Source: Cyanobacteria bacterium J06626_4
GTDB lineage: Bacteria; Cyanobacteriota; Cyanobacteriia; Phormidesmidales; Phormidesmidaceae
Direction: 5' to 3'
NCBI GenBank assembly: GCA_038523235.1
Contig: JBCBJQ010000131.1
Span: forward strand, 1-14,267
Length of the DNA stretch: 14,267 bases
A model generated the notes under the pieces. That model searched no databases. It was not told the origin of the DNA and saw only the letters and a program-made list of their open reading frames with translations. Position numbers and translations under genes: made by a program. Below, piece by piece: positions 1 to 8,801 of this stretch. Position 1 is the first letter of the stretch; each line of letters opens with the position of its first letter.

Positions 1-93
1 CAGTCGATTACTCTAGAAGAGTTTGAAGAATTCTTCCAACCAGATGGGCTTTTGGAAGCAGCTATGAACTCCAATGAAATGTTAGAAAAATAA
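1..93 (+). CDS. 3' end of an unidentified CDS (partial)
   Basis: Frame 1 is open from base 1 to TAA at 91-93 (QSITLEEFEEFFQPDGLLEAAMNSNEMLEK*). It reads like protein but is too short to assign. Confidence 0.55.
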   Translation, partial: QSITLEEFEEFFQPDGLLEAAMNSNEMLEK

Positions 94-199
94 TGTAGTC
101 AGAATAACACATACTGCTAGCTGAACGGAGTCATAGCTACAACTCAGCCAACGTCCCTCCGACTCTACTCAGGAGATGCTTGCAACAAAATAGAGGGAA

Positions 200-676
200 T
201 TACGCTTCTGGCTGTACCGGTAGCCAGTCTTCCTCTAGTGCTTCTTCTAAAGAAAAGCAGGGCTGTACGGGCAGAGAATTCTCTGCTAAATTGCAGGCAT
301 CTAAAAACAACTTGCGAGCATTACAATACTCACGTTCAAAGTTCTCGGTTAGGTATATTTTTAGGCTGGGACTATCCTCAAGTATGCGAGCAATCTGCAA
401 CCGAAAATTGCGAATCTCTACCTTCCATCCTCGGTAGGATAATTCACGTTCCGCTTCCCAGTATTTGAGCTTGAGTAAATGCTCACAGAGCCGCATCAAA
501 TAGCTTGCCAAGGCGCGTTTTTCTCGCTTGCCCAAACTCTCAAATTCCTCAATGAGATTCTCAAGGTCAAGGTGGCCGAAGTTGCGCGATCGCAGCTGGA
601 CCAGCGTCTCATTCAACCAGCGCTGATAATCGATGTCATACAGAGAGGTTGTCGTTGCGGATGTCTCTGATTTCAT
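200..676 (-). CDS. DUF29 family protein
   Basis: 158 aa with LYDIDYQRWL, LDLENLIEEFESLGKREKRAL, HLLKLKYW and ILEDSPSLK motifs typical of cyanobacterial DUF29. Confidence 0.93.
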   Translation of the reverse strand: MKSETSATTTSLYDIDYQRWLNETLVQLRSRNFGHLDLENLIEEFESLGKREKRALASYLMRLCEHLLKLKYWEAERELSYRGWKVEIRNFRLQIARILEDSPSLKIYLTENFEREYCNARKLFLDACNLAENSLPVQPCFSLEEALEEDWLPVQPEA

Positions 677-715
677 CGCGTTGTCCCAGAAAACAATCAG
701 TCAAACCGTAATCAG

Positions 716-721
716 ATTATA
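716..721 (-). promoter_or_regulatory. Candidate -10 element for the DUF29 gene
   Basis: Perfect TATAAT on the minus strand about 40 nt upstream of the ATG at 676; no convincing -35. Confidence 0.4.
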
Positions 722-882
722 GTCCTGGATTTGGGAGCACTTCAGTTGCTGACAAACCACAACAGGCGAGACATGACTGCCTCATCCGTGATCTAAGTGC
801 AGAATTCGAGTCCTTAAATCAGTCAATCTCACCGCCTGTAGCAGCTCTCCTGCCAAAGCCACAGTTATCGAGATAAATCGGT

Positions 883-1881
883 CTAGAAAATGGCGTTGAC
901 GTTCTCTAGCCAGCGGGCGACATCTTTCGCGTGATAGGTGAGGATGAGGTCAGCGCCCGATCGCTTAAAGCTGGTCATGGTTTCGAGCACGACTTTTTGC
1001 TCATCGATCCAGCCATTGAGGGCAGCGGCTTTGACCATCGAGTATTCGCCCGAGACGTTGTAGGCCGCCACCGGCAGATTCGTCGCATCTTTAACCTGAC
1101 GGATGATGTCCATATAGGCCAAGGCGGGCTTCACCATTAGCATGTCCGCCCCTTCGGCCATATCGAGAGCAATTTCCTTCAGGGCTTCTTGACTGTTGGA
1201 CGGATCCATCTGGTAAGTGCGGCGATCGCCAAACTGTGGGGCCGAATCCGCCGCATCGCGAAAAGGCCCGTAGTAGGCCGAGGCATATTTCGCCGCATAG
1301 GACAGGATGGGAATATCTTGAAAATCAGCGGCGTCGAGCCCTTCCCGAATGGCTCGCACAAACCCATCCATCATGCCCGAAGGCGCAATAATGTCAGCGC
1401 CGGCTTTGGCCTGTGACACTGCGGTTTTCTTCAACAGTTCCAGCGTCGGGTCGTTGAGCACGCGCCCAGTGAGGTCACCGGTTTCCAAATAGCCGCAGTG
1501 ACCGTGGTCGGTGTATTCGCACAGGCAGGTATCGACCACCACAATCAGGTCGGGCACGGCCTCTTTCACCGCCGTCGTCGCCTTTTGCACAATGCCGCAG
1601 TCGTGCCAAGCGCCCGTCGCGTCGGTATCTTTTGTGTCGGGAATGCCAAACAAAATAATTGCGGGAATGCCTAAGTCATAGACTTCCTTGGCCTCTTCCA
1701 CAATCTTGTCGATCGACAGCTGATAGACCCCCGGCATTGATTTCACCTCTTCGGCGATGCCCTCGCCCGGCACGGCAAAGAGAGGATAAATCAGGTCATT
1801 GGTCGAGACAACAGTTTCGCGCACCATGCGGCGAAGTTGAGGATGGCTGCGCAAACGACGGGGACGATGAGTCGGAAACAT
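883..1881 (-). CDS. hemB: Porphobilinogen synthase (delta-aminolevulinic acid dehydratase)
   Basis: Start placed at ATG 1881 ([11 protein letters not shown]). Zn-binding [35 protein letters not shown], catalytic MVKP and YNVSGEY motifs. Confidence 0.98.
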   Translation of the reverse strand: MFPTHRPRRLRSHPQLRRMVRETVVSTNDLIYPLFAVPGEGIAEEVKSMPGVYQLSIDKIVEEAKEVYDLGIPAIILFGIPDTKDTDATGAWHDCGIVQKATTAVKEAVPDLIVVVDTCLCEYTDHGHCGYLETGDLTGRVLNDPTLELLKKTAVSQAKAGADIIAPSGMMDGFVRAIREGLDAADFQDIPILSYAAKYASAYYGPFRDAADSAPQFGDRRTYQMDPSNSQEALKEIALDMAEGADMLMVKPALAYMDIIRQVKDATNLPVAAYNVSGEYSMVKAAALNGWIDEQKVVLETMTSFKRSGADLILTYHAKDVARWLENVNAIF

Positions 1882-2071
1882 AGAGCGACAAATGCACTGG
1901 GCAAGCAACTAGGGTGGCTCAATTACGGCGATGGCAGCTCATCCAACCAGAGTGGGCAGGGGCCTGAGCGCGATCGCGGCGGCAGAATGTCATCAGTCTA
2001 CGCCCTAAGCGACGCAGACCTGAAGGGCGATTACATTCTGTAAAGCATGGTCGAAAGTGCTTGCCCGCATG

Positions 2072-2109
2072 ACCGGAGCGGCCGGGAAGTTGTCCCCCGT
2101 GCCGCCGGT
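2072..2109 (-). other. GC-rich stem-loop immediately after the amidase stop
   Basis: Minus strand ACCGGCGGCACGGGGG-ACAAC-TTCCCGGCCGCTCCGGT folds into a bulged hairpin. No U-tract follows, so it is more likely a 3'-stabilising hairpin than a classical terminator. Confidence 0.4.
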
Positions 2110-3527
2110 TAATCTGTCCCGAACAGCGGCGGACGATGGTGATATTGCGGGTTGGCTCGCTCTAACTGAGCCGCCAGGGCCAATACCGTGTCGTCAGCAC
2201 CGGGCCGACCCACCAGCTGCACGCCGACGGGCAGCCCCGCTGCGGTGAACCCCGTGGGCAGGGCGATCGCCGGTTGACCGCTGGCATTAAAAGGGGGGCA
2301 GGGAGCAATCCAGTTGATGATGTTGGCCAAAACTTGTTCGCAGCGCAGCGACTGCCACTCGCCAATGCGAATCGCAGCGTGCAGGTACACCGGCAGCAGC
2401 ACAATGTCGTAGTCCTGAAACTGCTGCACAATCTGCCGTGAGGCCACCTGTAGCTGAGTAATGGCCCGCAGATACTGGCCACTGCGAATGCGCCAAGCGC
2501 GCAGCAGCAGCCAGCGATTCATCTTTTCTAAAACAAAGAAGGGGATGTTGGCCTCGGCCACAATGCACTGCCAGGCCACGGTAAACGGCTCGATCAGGTC
2601 GCTCAAGTCAGGCGGTGGCACCGGTTCAACACGGTGGCCGAGGGCCTCCAGTCGGTGGGCCGTGTCAAGCACCGGCTGTTTGCAGTCTGCGGTGGCTTCG
2701 CCAATGGGTTCTACCGCTGTCAGCAGGCCAATTTTGAGCGGTTTGGGATCGCTCTGCGTCACTGCGAGAAAAGAGGTTTCAGGCGGCGGTAACCAGTAGG
2801 GATCGCCCGTCACATACCCCGACATCACATCTAACAGCGCGGCGGTGTCGGCCACCGTGCGGCCTAGCGGCCCATTGCTGGCCAGCCCTTCTAACCGTTC
2901 ACCGACGGGGGTAAAACTGACGCGACCCCGCGAGGGTTTGAGGCCCACCAGCCCACAACAAAAGGCCGGGCCGCGCAGTGAGCCGCCGCCATCAGACCCT
3001 TGGGAAATGGCGCATAAGCCGCCCGCCAGTGCCGCTGCGCCGCCGCCACTAGAGCCCCCTGGCGTATGGCCTAAATGCCAGGGATTGCGGGCAGGCAAAA
3101 AGCCCGGCGGCTCCGTATAGGGGAAGGACCCCAGCTGAGAGGTGGCGGTTTTGCCCAAAATCACAAATCCGGCATCTCGCAAGCCCGCTATCATGCCGTC
3201 GTCGCGCGTGGCGATGCGGTTGCGAGCCGCCGCGATGCCATAGGAGCAAGGCACGCCAGCAATCGGATTCAGATCTTTGACTGAGAGCGGCACGCCAAAA
3301 AAGGGCGGCAGTTCATTCGTTGGGGTAGTGGCGAGCTGTTCAGTTTTATCGCGGGCATCGGCGATCGCCGCCTCGCTCATCACCGTAAAGTAGCTGCCCA
3401 AGGTGGGGTTAAACCGGCTGATGCGGGCTAGATACAGCTCAGTTAGCTCTAGGGGGGAGACCATTTTATTGCGAATCAGTTGAGCCTGTTCGAGGGCTGG
3501 AGTAAACGCGAGATCCGTCCTATTCAT
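2109..3527 (-). CDS. Amidase signature family enzyme
   Basis: 472 aa with GVPLSVKD (Lys), TPGGSSGG and GSDGGGSLRGPA (Ser-cisSer-Lys triad), GLKPSRGRV and C-terminal GLPVGVQLVG. Substrate unknown. Confidence 0.95.
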   Translation of the reverse strand: MNRTDLAFTPALEQAQLIRNKMVSPLELTELYLARISRFNPTLGSYFTVMSEAAIADARDKTEQLATTPTNELPPFFGVPLSVKDLNPIAGVPCSYGIAAARNRIATRDDGMIAGLRDAGFVILGKTATSQLGSFPYTEPPGFLPARNPWHLGHTPGGSSGGGAAALAGGLCAISQGSDGGGSLRGPAFCCGLVGLKPSRGRVSFTPVGERLEGLASNGPLGRTVADTAALLDVMSGYVTGDPYWLPPPETSFLAVTQSDPKPLKIGLLTAVEPIGEATADCKQPVLDTAHRLEALGHRVEPVPPPDLSDLIEPFTVAWQCIVAEANIPFFVLEKMNRWLLLRAWRIRSGQYLRAITQLQVASRQIVQQFQDYDIVLLPVYLHAAIRIGEWQSLRCEQVLANIINWIAPCPPFNASGQPAIALPTGFTAAGLPVGVQLVGRPGADDTVLALAAQLERANPQYHHRPPLFGTD

Positions 3528-3910
3528 GCATCAACCTAAATACATTTAGCGAAATTTAGCGCCAGTCAACGCCCCCCAACGGTGCCTGAGTGCCCCAGTT
3601 TCCCGGCGGCCCAGCCACCGGCGATGCAAACTGGCACCAGTCACCTTTGATGAGCCCTGCCCCTAGAGTGAGCTCCCAACCGCCTCTTAATTCTGACAAG
3701 CTGTGAACGCCGGTCTTCTCAGACATGGGGGAGCGATACAGCAATGCTCAGCATATCGTGAATCTTTCGCGGTCTTTGCCACCCCTCGTTCCAGAGAAAA
3801 AATCGCCCCCCGGTCGGCCTCGGTTGGAAGAATTGGGCGAATTTAGCCCCTATTTTGATCAAAATTATCTATAACAGAGGTATCAACGGAACTTGGCAAC
3901 GTTCATCGGC

Positions 3911-4417
3911 ATGACTGACTCGACTACGACAATGCCCCCCAGTCAAAACGACCCCGCCATTTACCAAGCAGAAGAGGCTCAGGCTATCTTGCAAATTGCG
4001 ATCGCCCGCCATACCGAAGACGGCGAGCTGACCCGCACGCAACTGTTTGAAATTGCCGAAGAATTGGGCATTGCCGCGACGACCCTCGCCGAAGCCGAAC
4101 AACAGTGGGCGCTGCAACGCCGGGAAAGCGCTGAGCTAGCCGCTTTTGATCAGTTCAAAAAGCAGCGGCTGCAAAGTCATTTGGTGCGGTTTGTCATCGT
4201 CAACCTGGTGTTGTTCATCTTTAATTGGCTGACGGCGGGCACGCTCTCTTGGGCGCTGTATATCTGTTTGTTTTGGGGCGCTGGCTTAAGTTTGCAAGCC
4301 TGGCAGACCTATCGCTCAGGCACCCAGCAATATCGTCAGGGGTTTGAAAAGTGGCGGCGGCGAGAGCAGATCAAGCGCTCATTTAGTCGCTTTATGGATT
4401 GGGTCTTGGGAACCTAG
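3911..4417 (+). CDS. 2TM domain-containing membrane protein
   Basis: First ATG at 3911. N-terminal AQAILQIAIAR..LTRTQLFEIAEELGI region, then HLVRFVIVNLVLFIFNW and WALYICLFWGAGLSLQAW helices typical of the cyanobacterial 2TM family. Confidence 0.85.
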   Translation: MTDSTTTMPPSQNDPAIYQAEEAQAILQIAIARHTEDGELTRTQLFEIAEELGIAATTLAEAEQQWALQRRESAELAAFDQFKKQRLQSHLVRFVIVNLVLFIFNWLTAGTLSWALYICLFWGAGLSLQAWQTYRSGTQQYRQGFEKWRRREQIKRSFSRFMDWVLGT

Positions 4418-4601
4418 GGGCTCGACGAGAAAAAAGCCCCGTTAGGAGACCGTCAATGAGTGGCAGAGTCGGGCGTAGAGAGGGGGAGCGAGGCTGAGCG
4501 CCGCTCTTTGAATCGTTCTCAGCAATTGGTCATGACGTCCGCTTCTCGCCATGCCACGAGTCCGCTATTCTCCAGAAGCCTTACAACAGTGATCAAGCCG
4601 C

Positions 4602-4838
4602 ATGGGTAGAGCCGGACGCGCCCTGAAAGAAACTCTCGAAACCTACGCCATCAGTCAAAACAAACTTGCCGTCACCCTCGGCATGGAGCGGACGGTCGTT
4701 TATCGCTGGGTGCACGAGCGCACGGATCCGACCGGTGAAACCATCGTCGAAATTGTGCGATCGCTCAATCAATTAGACCCCAACGCAGCCAAAGCCTTTA
4801 TCGCCCTATACCTAATTCCAGTGCTGAATGAGAGCTGA
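4602..4838 (+). CDS. XRE/Cro-family helix-turn-helix transcriptional regulator
   Basis: 78 aa, MGRAGRALKETLETYAISQNKLAVTLGMERTVVYRWVHERTDP; HTH_XRE pattern. Confidence 0.9.
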   Translation: MGRAGRALKETLETYAISQNKLAVTLGMERTVVYRWVHERTDPTGETIVEIVRSLNQLDPNAAKAFIALYLIPVLNES

Positions 4839-5136
4839 TGTTGACTGCTAGCAGAAGCCCTTGCGGGAAGCGCCAGGCCCGACGGCAGGTGGGGAATGAA
4901 GAGGCTGATCAGACTGCCATTGCCACACGCTAAAGTGACTGAGCAAAAGCCGAGTTGGCTCTATGCAGAGCATTAAAAAACCGATCAACGTCATCAGCGA
5001 GTTTACGGGATCGCCGCTTTAGAGGGTGTAGTTTCTCTCTGACGATAGATTGCTTCCGACCCGTTAATTCGGAACGCCAAACGTTTACAGGGTGCCCATT
5101 CTGAACTGTTGCTGTCCCGAATAGACTCCCCCAGCC

Positions 5137-6156
5137 ATGTTGATGTCTCACAGAACGAAGCCGAGCCCAACGCTTCCCCAGCCTTCTGTGGTTTCGCCAA
5201 CCCCATTTTCATCCCGTGCCCTATCAGCTCCGCCACAGACTCACTCAGCCGCCACAGTCACCGGCGGGTGGCGCTGCACCCAAACCCTACGAGGCCACCA
5301 AAGCTGGGTCCGTACGGTAGCATTCAGCCCCGATGGACGCTACATCGCGAGCGGCAGTGGTGATAAAAAAGTGGCGCTGTGGCGACAGCCGCACGGCGAT
5401 CGCCCCTTTTATTTAGAGGGCCATGCGGCTTGGGTGCGCTGCGTGGCCTTTAGCCCCCAGGGGCACCTGCTCGCCAGCGCCTCTAACGACAACACGATTG
5501 GCCTTTGGGATGTGCAGCGGCGATCGCGCATCGAAGTGTTACAGGGCCACCAGAGCGGCGTGCGCGCTTTGACGTTTAGCCCCGATGGGCAATACCTGTT
5601 CAGCGGTAGCCAAGACCAGACCATTCAAGTGTGGCGCATCTCCCCAGATCAGCCAGCCAGTGCCGTCAAAACCCTCACCGGCCATCAGCATTGGGTGCGT
5701 TCCCTGGCTGTGAGCCCCGATGGCAGCACCCTCGCCAGTGGGGGACAAGACCACCAAGTGCGCATTCATCGCCTACAGGGGCGCGGCACCAATCACGCAT
5801 TGGCCGGGCACGCAGCCGCAGTTCACTCGGTGGCCATCAGCCCCAACAATTGGCTCTTGGCGACTGGCAGCGCTGATTGTACCGTCCGCTTTTGGAAGCT
5901 CAACAGCGGGCGGCAAATCACTCAGTTTCAGGCCCATAGCGCCGCAGTGAACTGTGTCACCTTTAGCCCCGATGGCCAATTGCTCGCCACGGCCAGCAGT
6001 GATAAAACAGTGCGCCTGTGGCATGTCGATACTGGGCGTTTGGTCGGCTTACTGAGAGGACACGAAGGCTGGGTTTGGTCCGTGGCGTTTGCCCCCGACA
6101 GTCGCACATTGGTCAGCAGTGGCTGGAATGGTGAAATCAAGGTTTGGACGCGTTAA
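5137..6156 (+). CDS. WD40-repeat protein (7 repeats)
   Basis: Seven GH..V..VAFSPDG..LAS.S.D..V.LW-type repeats after a Pro/Ser/Thr-rich N-terminus. Start at 5137 or 5143; in-frame TAG at 5122-5124 upstream. Confidence 0.95.
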   Translation: MLMSHRTKPSPTLPQPSVVSPTPFSSRALSAPPQTHSAATVTGGWRCTQTLRGHQSWVRTVAFSPDGRYIASGSGDKKVALWRQPHGDRPFYLEGHAAWVRCVAFSPQGHLLASASNDNTIGLWDVQRRSRIEVLQGHQSGVRALTFSPDGQYLFSGSQDQTIQVWRISPDQPASAVKTLTGHQHWVRSLAVSPDGSTLASGGQDHQVRIHRLQGRGTNHALAGHAAAVHSVAISPNNWLLATGSADCTVRFWKLNSGRQITQFQAHSAAVNCVTFSPDGQLLATASSDKTVRLWHVDTGRLVGLLRGHEGWVWSVAFAPDSRTLVSSGWNGEIKVWTR

Positions 6157-6210
6157 TCGGCCCGCGACCGGTATCGCGCGGCGATCGCTGTGGCTGCACG
6201 GCGGAGCCCA

Positions 6211-7053
6211 TCAAGCTGGCGAAGTCTGCATGACTCTAGCGGTGCCAGAAATGCGGATGGAACTGTTGGGAACGGCAGAGATCTCCGCTCGGAGCAGCGA
6301 TCGCATGCCCATATCTTCGCCCTGCACGATGTCAATCACGCCACCATGGGGCCAGCCAAGATCGCGCAGATAGCCGCCAAACGCGGCGGTGGCTGCACCT
6401 GTTGCTGGATCCTCGTAGACGCCACCGGAGGCAAAGGGATTGCGCGTGTGAAACCGCTGCGGCGTCTCGGCATAGGCCAACATGATGGTGACCAGAGCCT
6501 CACGATTCATCAGGTCGCGACCGGCGGCCAGGTCATACTGCATGGCGGCCAACGCCGCGCGGGTGTTGAGCCCCACGATCAAATGGTCGGCGCCACCGTT
6601 GGCACAGGCAGGCGGCAAATTGGGGTCGAGGTCATCGGCGGTGTAACCAAACAAAGCGAGTACCTCTGCAACTAGCTCGGGCGGCGCGGCGGCGCTATGG
6701 GTTGGCGGCGACTGCAGCGCCGCCGAGATTTGTCCCCCTTGTTGGCGACCTTCGACGGTGATTTCAGCTTCGTTGAGCACCAGCTTAAAGGTGCCATCGC
6801 CTTGGCTCATTGCCAGGGCTGCCCCGAGGGCGATCGTCGCATGGCCGCAAAAGGGCACTTCTGACTCGGGTGAAAAGTAGCGGACGCGAAAGGCGTCTTG
6901 CAAGGGGGCCGCAAAGGCCGTTTCCGAAAAGCCCACGTCAGCGGCAATTTGGCGCATCTCAGCCTCACTGGGATGCTGAGATGCAATCAACACCCCCGCC
7001 GGGTTCCCACCCATATCTCCATCTGAAAACGCGGCAATCTTTTGAACGTTCAT
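6211..7053 (-). CDS. PhzF family isomerase/epimerase-like protein
   Basis: GGNPAGV, GFSETAF, VRYFSPESEVPFCGHATIA and EDPATGAA motifs. No other phenazine genes nearby. Confidence 0.95.
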   Translation of the reverse strand: MNVQKIAAFSDGDMGGNPAGVLIASQHPSEAEMRQIAADVGFSETAFAAPLQDAFRVRYFSPESEVPFCGHATIALGAALAMSQGDGTFKLVLNEAEITVEGRQQGGQISAALQSPPTHSAAAPPELVAEVLALFGYTADDLDPNLPPACANGGADHLIVGLNTRAALAAMQYDLAAGRDLMNREALVTIMLAYAETPQRFHTRNPFASGGVYEDPATGAATAAFGGYLRDLGWPHGGVIDIVQGEDMGMRSLLRAEISAVPNSSIRISGTARVMQTSPA

Positions 7054-7230
7054 AAACTCTCTGGCTGCTCTCTGGGTCGATATTAATGGCTTTGGGTCGC
7101 AGGAGGGCGACTAATTCTAGCGATGATTTGTCGCGATGCAATTGACTGCACCGAATATACTGCAAGCAATATTGCGATGAGACAGGCTGAGTTTGGAGTG
7201 GCAGCGCTATTGACTCGGCGAGCAGCAACC

Positions 7231-7791
7231 ATGCAGATTTCGACCACCTATCGTGCAAAAGACCAGGCCGAATGGCGATCGTGGTTGGCCGAAAATCACG
7301 ATACGGCCAGCGAAATTTGGCTAATCTTTGACGATCGCGCCGATTACCCCACCGTTTCCTATCTCGACTCGGTTTATGAAGCGATTTGCTTTGGGTGGAT
7401 TGATGGCATTCAAAAACGAGCTTCTGACGTTGAGCGGGCTCAACGATTCACGCCGCGCCGCCCTCGTAGTCACTGGACTGAACTCAATAAAGCCAGAGCC
7501 CGGTGGCTAATCGACCAAGGCTTAATGACACCCGCTGGTCAGGCCATCCTCCCTGATTTGGCGGCTCCGTTTACAGTGGCAGACGATATTCAAGCGGCCA
7601 TCAAAAACGACCCAGAGGCCTGGTCACAGTTTTGTCAGTTCCCAGATTTGTACATTCGCGTGCGAGTTAGCTACATCGAAGAAATGCGGCGAAATCGTGA
7701 GGAGTTCGATCGCCGCTTAGGCAATTTTTTGAAGAAGACAGCGGCAGGCAAAATGTTTGGCAACTGGAATGATCAGGGACGACTGGTGTAA
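7231..7791 (+). CDS. YdeI/OmpD-associated (OmdA) family protein
   Basis: Start placed at ATG 7231. EWRSWLAENH, EAICFGWIDG, RFTPRRPRSHWTELNK and GLMTPAG motifs plus an OmdA-like C-terminal domain. Confidence 0.88.
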   Translation: MQISTTYRAKDQAEWRSWLAENHDTASEIWLIFDDRADYPTVSYLDSVYEAICFGWIDGIQKRASDVERAQRFTPRRPRSHWTELNKARARWLIDQGLMTPAGQAILPDLAAPFTVADDIQAAIKNDPEAWSQFCQFPDLYIRVRVSYIEEMRRNREEFDRRLGNFLKKTAAGKMFGNWNDQGRLV

Positions 7792-7980
7792 ACAGGACAG
7801 CCACTTTGATCCTTCCCAATCTGGCAGATGCTCGATATAAATAGCGGCTTGGGGATGGGGGAGCAACCACTCATCCGCACAACACTCCCTTTAGAGATGC
7901 GATCAGATTACATCGAAACGCTTGCACAGCCATTATTACAATGCGATCTACAGGTCATCATGTTATACAGACTAGAATCT

Positions 7981-7999
7981 GCATAATAAGTAGTTATGT
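7981..7999 (+). other. Integron-type simple recombination site (attI-like, or right half of a decayed attC)
   Basis: GCATAAT-AAGTA-GTTATGT: inverted heptamers separated by 5 bp, with a GTT core. Confidence 0.55.
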
Positions 8000-8030
8000 T
8001 GCCGTATAACAGCTAGGTTTTGTCTGACTC

Positions 8031-8741
8031 TTAAACAAGCCGACTGCCCCCATCGACATCGATTACTGTGCCCGTAACGTAAGGGTTGTTCATTAGCATC
8101 AGCGCCACAGCCGCGATGTCTTCGGGTTCTCCGACACGGCCAACGGGCAAAGCTTTAGCGGCTGAATCATACATAGCCTGCCGCTCGCTATCGGGCATGG
8201 CGCTGTAGGCGGGAGTTTTTACCAGGCCCGGGGCAATCACGTTAACCCGCACGGGTGCTAGCTCGATGGCAAGTGCCTGACCAAGCCCCTCTACGGCCGC
8301 ATTGACTGCGGTCACAGCGGCTGTCCCCACCTTGGGTCGGCGGCTCAGCCCACCGGAAAATAGGGTGACAGACCCTCCCGGACAAACTGTCGCTGCCTGA
8401 ATAGCTCGATATTGACCGAAGAACTTGCTGTTCATGGAAGCGATCGCTTCCTCGACAGGCAGATCCTTAAAACCACCCCACTTGACAGCGCCACCCGCAA
8501 TCACCAGATGATCAATTTCGCCCTCTCGCTGGAAGAACTCTTGCAGCGACGCCATATTGGTAATATCGACCGGATAGGCCAGCACATTTTCCTCGATTTC
8601 GGCCAGGGCATCTTCCAGTTTTTGAGGCGATCGCCCGGAGATTACGACGTTAGCCCGCTGAGCGGCGGCGGCCTTTGCGATCGCCAGTCCCATACCTGAA
8701 CTGCCCCCAATAACAACCACTTTTTCGTCTTTAATAGTCAT
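8031..8741 (-). CDS. Short-chain dehydrogenase/reductase (SDR) family oxidoreductase
   Basis: VVVIGGSSGMG Rossmann motif, LAIELAPVRVNVIAPGLVKTP, LPVGRVGEPEDIA and VTGTVIDVDGG. SD AAGGAG upstream. Confidence 0.95.
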   Translation of the reverse strand: MTIKDEKVVVIGGSSGMGLAIAKAAAAQRANVVISGRSPQKLEDALAEIEENVLAYPVDITNMASLQEFFQREGEIDHLVIAGGAVKWGGFKDLPVEEAIASMNSKFFGQYRAIQAATVCPGGSVTLFSGGLSRRPKVGTAAVTAVNAAVEGLGQALAIELAPVRVNVIAPGLVKTPAYSAMPDSERQAMYDSAAKALPVGRVGEPEDIAAVALMLMNNPYVTGTVIDVDGGSRLV

Positions 8742-8801
8742 GTTTGAAACTCTCCTTTCTATCCATGTCAGATTAGGGTTAACTGAGGCAGACTCAGCGA
8801 C

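Noticed and set aside
102..150. Possible attC left half (GAATAAC-ACATACTGCTAGCTGA) just after the first ORF's stop
   Set aside because: No matching L' box or correctly spaced GTT core; at most a decayed remnant.
1882..1908. Longer N-terminal extension for hemB (likewise 3893, 7123, 9863 and 9877 for other genes)
   Set aside because: Downstream ATGs fit family N-termini or SD positions better.
2031..2043. TTACA-TTC-TGTAA dyad upstream of hemB
   Set aside because: Short and does not match the NtcA GTA-N8-TAC box or a full tandem HLR1 site; chance is likely.
2109..3527. Amidase as gatA
   Set aside because: Only generic amidase-signature motifs are present; the GatA-typical DEFAMGSS and GSDTGGSIRQPA motifs are absent.
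4417..4440. GGGGCT...AGCCCC hairpin after the 2TM gene
   Set aside because: 6-bp stem, long loop and no U-tract.
5269..6150. Recurrent DNA motifs such as AGCCCCGATGG as a CRISPR or tandem array
   Set aside because: They are the coding consequence of WD40 SPDG repeats.
6211..7053. Phenazine biosynthesis cluster
   Set aside because: Lone PhzF-family gene with no phzA-E or phzG in the window.
7166..7175. GCAATATTGC palindrome between PhzF and YdeI
   Set aside because: A 10-bp palindrome is expected by chance in 14 kb, and there is no supporting context.
7976..8004. The chromosomal dif site itself
   Set aside because: The central region is 7 rather than 6 bp and the XerD outer arm (AAAT) is absent; kept only as a dif-like resemblance.
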